NCBI GenBank assembly: GCA_965369865.1
Contig: CBDURU010000020.1
Location: 1-40,056, forward strand
Direction of reading: 5' to 3'
Length of the DNA: 40,056 bases
From: an uncultured bacterium
GTDB lineage: Bacteria > JAJVIF01 > JAPKYR01
Shown: piece after piece, positions 35,288 through 40,056 of the stretch
Position numbering within the stretch: position 1 is the stretch's first letter
Layout: each line of letters starts with the position of its first letter
Program-made: the position numbers and the translations under genes
Notes under the pieces: generated by a model
Databases searched by the model: none
The model's input: only the letters and a program-made list of their open reading frames with translations
Told to the model about the DNA's origin: nothing

Positions 35288-36142
35288 CTATATGTGTTTT
35301 ATACCGACTTTGAACCTGATCCGGGTATTGAGGATTAAAACGGGTTTTTTCCCGAGATATCGGTGAGAGGCGCGAATCATCAATCGCTGTGTCAACTCAA
35401 GGGTGGGATTGGCTTGCATGCCGTGTTTTCTCAGTGCCTCTCGCATCTGCCAGAATCCCTTGTAAGCCTTATACCGAAAGAGGGGGATTAGATCCATGGA
35501 AGCAACGATAGGGGGGGTATCAGATAAAAGCAGCTCGACCGTGCGCGGCCCTTTTTCCAGTTCTCTCAGTAGGTCTATGCACTTGCCTAAGGACTCAGAC
35601 GACACTTTGGTCTTGTTGTCTTCATACCATTCGAGGACGCCCTCCACTTTGTGGCTGTATCCGTCCCAGGGGCTACATCCTTGACGCTCGAGGTAACTTT
35701 GCCAATAGAAGAAGGGAACCACCAGCTGTTGTACAAAGACGTTCAGGCTGAAGCCTTCTGGGAATAGCTCTTTCTCCTCCATCTGCATGCATAAACACGC
35801 AGTATCATTCAGATACTTATTGATATGCAAATCTTCTAGCTTGTCTCCCCTTTCCTGCGCCACTATTCTGATCCTCTCACCGGTTTCCCTAACTTGAGGA
35901 AGGGCAGAAAACCTGCTATGCGAGAAAGTGATTTCGATCTCGTATGCATCTTTGATCCTCCTTGGGTCAATCCAGTGCTCCTTGCTAGGATTGAGGATGC
36001 ATTCGTCACGTTCGGCGTCATAATACATATCGAAATCCAGAATGCCCTCAATTCTGGTTGGATCATCATAAATGATGTCCAACCTCCTAAAGGAGGATCT
36101 TAACCATTTTCTGTCTCTCTTTGTAACCGTGAGGTTAAACAT
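35288..36142 (-). CDS. Prokaryotic E2 (UBC-like) domain protein associated with a CD-NTase
   Basis: YEIEITF...LPQVRETG.RI...DLHIN....TACLC (E2-like His...Cys), then VVPFFYWQSY.E..G..PW..YSH..EG. ATG overlaps the cyclase stop by 8 bp. Confidence 0.7.
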   Translation of the reverse strand: MFNLTVTKRDRKWLRSSFRRLDIIYDDPTRIEGILDFDMYYDAERDECILNPSKEHWIDPRRIKDAYEIEITFSHSRFSALPQVRETGERIRIVAQERGDKLEDLHINKYLNDTACLCMQMEEKELFPEGFSLNVFVQQLVVPFFYWQSYLERQGCSPWDGYSHKVEGVLEWYEDNKTKVSSESLGKCIDLLRELEKGPRTVELLLSDTPPIVASMDLIPLFRYKAYKGFWQMREALRKHGMQANPTLELTQRLMIRASHRYLGKKPVLILNTRIRFKVGIKHI

Positions 36143-37091
36143 TGCACCAAGGCTTGGGGGGTGGCCCAGGAATCACTACAGGACTAGGAAGATCGCTTTC
36201 CTCTTCGATATCTAGCTTGAAGATTCTCTGCCACTCGTCTAAAGCATCTTCATCCTTTCCTTCATCTTCGAGTTCGAGTGCATGTTTTGCGATCATGCTT
36301 TCCCTAGCGATTGCTTTGAGGAGCCTTCTTCTCTCATTGCCCTCATCAAGATACTCATCAATCATATTATCTTTGTTGGCTGGGTCCTTAAGGCAAGGTT
36401 CACCAAGGTAATCAGAGGATTTTGAGAAGAAGTCTGCAATTCCCTGAGAATATGATGGAATCTCGTTCCCTCCTAGGATTTCGACTACAAGCATTTCCAG
36501 GTGGAAGGATTTGAGATAAGTGCACCTATCTCGTTTCCAGGATTTGAGAATCTTAACGATTGGCACAAGCCTTGGCACACCTCCTGACTCAGATGCCTCA
36601 TTAGCTTGTGTTAGTCTCTCGCCATGCAGCTTTGGGTTTGACATCACTGCTTGGCCACTGGTCTTGTCGTAAATCTTGTAGAGAACATCCTTCTCAACCT
36701 GAATAGCGGGAACAGCATCTATCTGGAAATTATCTATGTAGATAACACCAACCGATCGGTTCTGCTCACGGATGTCTTCTATAAGCGGGTCGTCTTCCTT
36801 GATTTCCTGCAAAGCTGCTTCGACCATTCCCTTCAGCTCTGGCAGATCCTTGTCCCCGTACTCATCGTTACTGAAGGCTAGGAAGAAATCCACATCGAAA
36901 AGTTCGTTACTATCTTTGGGCCGAATGAGGGTTTTACGTTTATAAGAACCCGTCAGAAAGTGTTCCTCTAAGTCAAGTAGTTCATCCAGCTTATCTCTAA
37001 GCGTCTTGTGTCTATCAGCAACTAACTCACATTCTTCATCGGTTAGTTCAAGGCTGGAAGCAAGTTGTTTGAAGTATTCTTCTGTTGTCAT
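36135..37091 (-). CDS. cGAS/DncV-like nucleotidyltransferase (CD-NTase, SMODS family)
   Basis: FLTGSYKRKTLIRP...DVDFF, QNRSVGV, QIDAVPA, SNPKLH, VKILKSWK, LKSFHLEML, DPAN, W.RIF; Pro-rich tail ending PKPWCNV. Confidence 0.9.
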   Translation of the reverse strand: MTTEEYFKQLASSLELTDEECELVADRHKTLRDKLDELLDLEEHFLTGSYKRKTLIRPKDSNELFDVDFFLAFSNDEYGDKDLPELKGMVEAALQEIKEDDPLIEDIREQNRSVGVIYIDNFQIDAVPAIQVEKDVLYKIYDKTSGQAVMSNPKLHGERLTQANEASESGGVPRLVPIVKILKSWKRDRCTYLKSFHLEMLVVEILGGNEIPSYSQGIADFFSKSSDYLGEPCLKDPANKDNMIDEYLDEGNERRRLLKAIARESMIAKHALELEDEGKDEDALDEWQRIFKLDIEEESDLPSPVVIPGPPPKPWCNV

Positions 37092-37918
37092 TTGGAACTC
37101 CTTAATTTATCAAAGGTCGCAAGACTGAAAAATACCCAATTCACCAGACTAAGAGGTGTATTCGCCAGTAAACGCCATTCATAACTGCTAAATTCTGTGC
37201 TGACTACTCTTTCCGTTGAGTAGACTATCAATGGCTTAGGATTGTTTTTCAGCTGTCTGACTAAACCTATAAGATGCTGCTCCAAATTAGCATCATACTT
37301 GTAGACGAAGAGTTCATATCCATCAAGTTCAATGGCGTCGCCGATCTTAAGATCGATCGATTTCAGTCCTCTACTCTCCAAAATTTGCACAAGGAACCGC
37401 GCTTCCTTCTCATCAGATGGATTGGGAGCAACTACACATACCGATTTATTAAGGTTGAGTTTCTCCCCAACCACATTTGCCGCGATATCATTGATAGTGC
37501 CCCACACTTCGTCCGATTCCTGATTTATGTACTCCTCAAATTGCTTTATTACTAGGTCCTTGATGTTTTTTTTAGCATCTGTCAACGATCGAATCCCTAT
37601 CCATCCCAAAACCGAGAACACCAACGTGAAGATGGCTAATCCGATACCTAGCGTCCACTCAACGAAGTGCTCGTGGTGAATCCGCTCCCTTTCCACGAAG
37701 TCTCTAAATTCCGTGACTTGCTCTTTCAAGAATTCGTACTGGGCCTCGACAGCGGATGGGGTCTCCTCAGTTATCAAAGCAGCCCAATCAGTCGAATCCT
37801 CCCCCTGAGCTGGTGCTGCTCCGGACCAAGCCAGCGCACCAATCAGGAGTATCGCTACGATTGCCAATACCAGATATCCAGCACGAGTTTTCGCTCTCAA
37901 CAGGGAGAAATCACGCAT
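37088..37918 (-). CDS. Signal peptide / TM / coiled-coil protein with a C-terminal NARF-like Rossmannoid domain (putative CBASS effector or sensor)
   Basis: Hydrophobic N-terminus ending AAPAQG, helical segment, TM (WTLGIGLAIFTLVFSVLGWIGI), helical linker, then alpha/beta domain SVCVV...LESRGL...YELFVY...PLIVYS...LANTPLSL. ATGA overlap with the cyclase. Confidence 0.65.
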   Translation of the reverse strand: MRDFSLLRAKTRAGYLVLAIVAILLIGALAWSGAAPAQGEDSTDWAALITEETPSAVEAQYEFLKEQVTEFRDFVERERIHHEHFVEWTLGIGLAIFTLVFSVLGWIGIRSLTDAKKNIKDLVIKQFEEYINQESDEVWGTINDIAANVVGEKLNLNKSVCVVAPNPSDEKEARFLVQILESRGLKSIDLKIGDAIELDGYELFVYKYDANLEQHLIGLVRQLKNNPKPLIVYSTERVVSTEFSSYEWRLLANTPLSLVNWVFFSLATFDKLRSSK

Positions 37919-38001
37919 TATTTTCCACCCTCTAAGGTTATCCTTAAAACCATTTAAACGAGGTTATAATTTACCCTTCATTCTTCACTGCTGCTATCGA
38001 C

Positions 38002-38031
38002 ATACTAAACATAAAAGGCGTGATTTGTCAA
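38002..38031 (-). promoter_or_regulatory. Sigma70-type promoter for the CD-NTase operon
   Basis: TTGACA-N18-TAGTAT on the minus strand, about 85 bp upstream of the first ATG. Confidence 0.55.
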
Positions 38032-38126
38032 GTTTTACGTGCTTGTCCCACATGTCCTTGAGTTGATTTTCCAGCCTTCCTGATATATATTCATCAATAG
38101 CCCGATTTGTTGGACTTTTGTACCGC

Positions 38127-38202
38127 GCGGGAATAGCTCAGTTGGTAGAGCATCAGCTTCCCAAGCTGAGGGTCGCGGGTTCGAATCCCGTTTCCCGCTC
38201 CA
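38127..38202 (+). tRNA. tRNA-Gly(CCC)
   Basis: GCGGGAATAGCTCAGTTGGTAGAGCA-TCAGC-TTCCCAA-GCTGA...GTTCGAATC...TCCA. Confidence 0.98.
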
Positions 38203-38210
38203 GAATCCGT

Positions 38211-38284
<74 letters not shown>

Positions 38285-38291
38285 AACTGGT

Positions 38292-38320
38292 TTGAACTCC
38301 CGCGTGGAGTTGCTTATAAT
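38292..38320 (+). promoter_or_regulatory. Sigma70 promoter for tRNA-Val
   Basis: TTGAAC-N17-TATAAT, 10 nt before the tRNA. Confidence 0.7.
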
Positions 38321-38330
38321 ATATGAATAA

Positions 38331-38407
38331 GAGCGCGTAGCTCAGTTGGTTAGAGCGCTACCCTGACACGGTAGAGGTCGTTGGTTCAATTCCAATCGCG
38401 CTCACCA
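38331..38407 (+). tRNA. tRNA-Val(GAC)
   Basis: GAGCGCGTAGCTCAGTTGGTTAGAGCG-CTACC-CTGACAC-GGTAG...GTTCAATTC...ACCA. Confidence 0.98.
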
Positions 38408-38431
38408 TTTAGCAAATGCATCCACTTTCGG

Positions 38432-38460
38432 TTGACAATCGTGGTGGCCTTTGTTACTTT
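38432..38460 (+). promoter_or_regulatory. Promoter candidate for infC-rpmI-rplT
   Basis: TTGACA-N17-TACTTT with an extended TG. Confidence 0.55.
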
Positions 38461-38498
38461 ATTCTTTCGCCTTTATTAAGGTGTGAGGAGGTTTATCG

Positions 38499-39236
38499 AT
38501 CGGACGACGTAGACGGCGCCCGCAGAAATACGAGCCGCGGATCAGGACCAATTTCATGATCAGGGTCCCGGAGATCCGCTTAATTGGCTCCAAGGGCGAG
38601 CAACTTGGAACTCTGAAGACGCGCGACGCGATCAAAATGGCCCAGGAAGAAAACCTGGACCTGGTTGAGGTTGCTGCGAAGGAAAATCCTCCTGTCTGCC
38701 GTATCATGGATTTCGGCAGGTATATGTATGAGGAGAAGAAAAAGAAGCGGGACTCGAAGAAGAAACAGACCAAGGTCGAGGTTAAGGAGTGTAAATTCCG
38801 TCCGAAGATCGGTATACATGATTTCGACGTCCGCATTCGGAGAGCGGTCAAGTTCCTCGGGCAGGGGAATAAGGTAAAATTGACCGTTATGTTCCGCGGA
38901 CGGGAGCACGCTCATCCGGAAATTGCCGAGCGTCTTATCATGAGAGCCTTCGACCAGATCAAGGACCTTGGTAAGATGGAGGCTCCGCCGAAAAAAGAAG
39001 GCCGCGATATGTATACCCTGATCGCGCCCCTCACCGAGCAGATTCGCAAGAAAGCCTTGAAAATCAGGATTGCAAAGGGCGAAGACATAAAAATTAGCTC
39101 TAGAGAAGACGAGGCTGAAATTACTAAAAATACTGAAGAAATTGAAGACGAATTGAAAGTATTGAAAAAGCAGGCCGAAAAAGCTCCCGAACCTGAAAGT
39201 GGAATACCCGGGGTGTCGGCGACTGAGATACCGTAA
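38499..39236 (+). CDS. infC: Translation initiation factor IF-3 (probable AUC start; C-terminal extension)
   Basis: IRVPEIRLIG..GEQLG, LDLVEVA, PPVCRIMDFG, KFRPKIG.HD, VMFRGRE. In-frame ATC at 38499, 6 nt after SD GAGGAGGT; the ORF-track ATG (38556) would cut the conserved R.N..IR motif. Confidence 0.93.
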   Translation: MGRRRRRPQKYEPRIRTNFMIRVPEIRLIGSKGEQLGTLKTRDAIKMAQEENLDLVEVAAKENPPVCRIMDFGRYMYEEKKKKRDSKKKQTKVEVKECKFRPKIGIHDFDVRIRRAVKFLGQGNKVKLTVMFRGREHAHPEIAERLIMRAFDQIKDLGKMEAPPKKEGRDMYTLIAPLTEQIRKKALKIRIAKGEDIKISSREDEAEITKNTEEIEDELKVLKKQAEKAPEPESGIPGVSATEIP

Positions 39237-39311
39237 ACGGATACGGGCGTGAAGGATTACATGATCCGAGGGCCTGGAGGTCCTCGTTGTTGTGTGTAAA
39301 GGATAAATAAA

Positions 39312-39521
39312 ATGCCAAAGATGAAATCACATTCTGGCGCCAAGGAAAGATTCAAGATTACCGGGAACGGTAAGATCATGCGGCGCCGTCAGAATCATGG
39401 CCATAAGCTGGTCGGGAAACGCCCGAAAAGGAAACGCCGGCTCAAGATGGATGTCAGGCTGTCTCGCGAGGACTCTATTATCGTCAGGAAACTTCTTGGC
39501 ATCTCAATAAATAACTATTAG
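39312..39521 (+). CDS. rpmI: 50S ribosomal protein L35
   Basis: MPKMKSHSGAKERFKITGNGKI...H.L..K..KRKRRL; between infC and rplT. Confidence 0.96.
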   Translation: MPKMKSHSGAKERFKITGNGKIMRRRQNHGHKLVGKRPKRKRRLKMDVRLSREDSIIVRKLLGISINNY

Positions 39522-39573
39522 ATAAGGGGCTTTTCAAGGGGGAGAACGGTAATTTAGCTGGAAGGATTAAACA

Positions 39574-39921
39574 ATGGTACGTGTAAAAATCGGCATAACA
39601 AGACGCCGAAGACATAAAAAAGTACTGGCCGCAACCAAGGGCTATCGCGGTGCGCGCCGTCGAAGATTCAAGGTGGCCAGAGAGGCCATGATCAAGGCCC
39701 GTGCGTATGCTTTCAGGGACCGCAGGACACGTAAACGTAATTTCCGCCGTCTCTGGATTACCCGCGTGTCCGCTGCCTGCCGCCATGCCGGGATGTCATA
39801 TTCCAGGTTTATTAATGCCCTGAAAAACAGCAATATCCAGTTGAACCGGAAAATGCTTTCAGAGATCGCTGTACGGCATCCCGATGCATTTACCAGGATC
39901 ATTGAAACTGTGAAAACCTGA
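39574..39921 (+). CDS. rplT: 50S ribosomal protein L20
   Basis: RRRHKKVL..TKGYRG, AFRDRR.RKRNFRRLWITR, SYSRFI..L, LNRKMLSEIA. Confidence 0.97.
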   Translation: MVRVKIGITRRRRHKKVLAATKGYRGARRRRFKVAREAMIKARAYAFRDRRTRKRNFRRLWITRVSAACRHAGMSYSRFINALKNSNIQLNRKMLSEIAVRHPDAFTRIIETVKT

Positions 39922-39951
39922 TTTTAATAAGAGAGCGTTGCGAAAGTCGCT

Positions 39952-40056
39952 ATGGGGCGCAGCACGCGACGCCCCTACGAATAGAACCCGGATGAATAGA
40001 GGCTTGTAATGGGGCGCAGCAAGCGACGCCCCTACGAATAGAACCCGCATAAATAG
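39952..40056 (-). repeat. Tandem GTAG-type REP units (57-bp period), reaching the window end
   Basis: GGGGCGCAGCA(C/A)GCGACGCCCCTAC at 39954-39978 and 40011-40035, each followed by GAATAGAACCCG. Confidence 0.88.

Noticed and set aside
35064..38126. Integrase or att-site duplication bounding the CD-NTase island
   Set aside because: No recombinase ORF and no duplicated tRNA 3' end found; the island lies on the 5' side of the tRNAs.
39231..39290. L20-binding leader between infC and rpmI
   Set aside because: Two small hairpins are present (CCGTA/TACGG; CGAGGGCC/GGTCCTCG), but I cannot match them to a known L20 leader without a covariance search.

Overview
A 40 kb bacterial chromosome segment. 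The host is probably a diderm (TonB-like protein, many lipoproteins), but its lineage cannot be determined from sequence alone. Most of the window is housekeeping and envelope genes: aldo/keto reductase, a large metalloprotease lipoprotein, nitroreductase, kbl, a beta-carbonic-anhydrase-like gene, a GT2/GT-C operon, dtd, a long RelA/SpoT homologue, an RCK-gated channel, purM/purQ/purL, 5'-nucleotidase, four tRNAs and infC-rpmI-rplT. The intergenic spaces are crowded with several different REP/REPIN-like palindromic repeat families. The main accessory element is a compositionally foreign, translationally coupled three-gene operon (35288-37918, minus strand) beside a tRNA cluster. It encodes a signal-peptide/TM/coiled-coil protein with a NARF-like Rossmannoid domain, a cGAS/DncV-like nucleotidyltransferase (CD-NTase) and a stand-alone E2-like protein. 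It looks like an atypical CBASS-type anti-phage system: no E1, no JAB/Cap3, no recognisable enzymatic effector, and a cyclase tail that does not end in Gly/Ala. Other items worth checking: a candidate attenuator in the purL leader, a hairpin leader with repeated AAAGG loops, a channel with a degenerate K+ filter, and pilin-like proteins lacking the prepilin motif. All family calls come from motif recognition by eye; no database searches were run.
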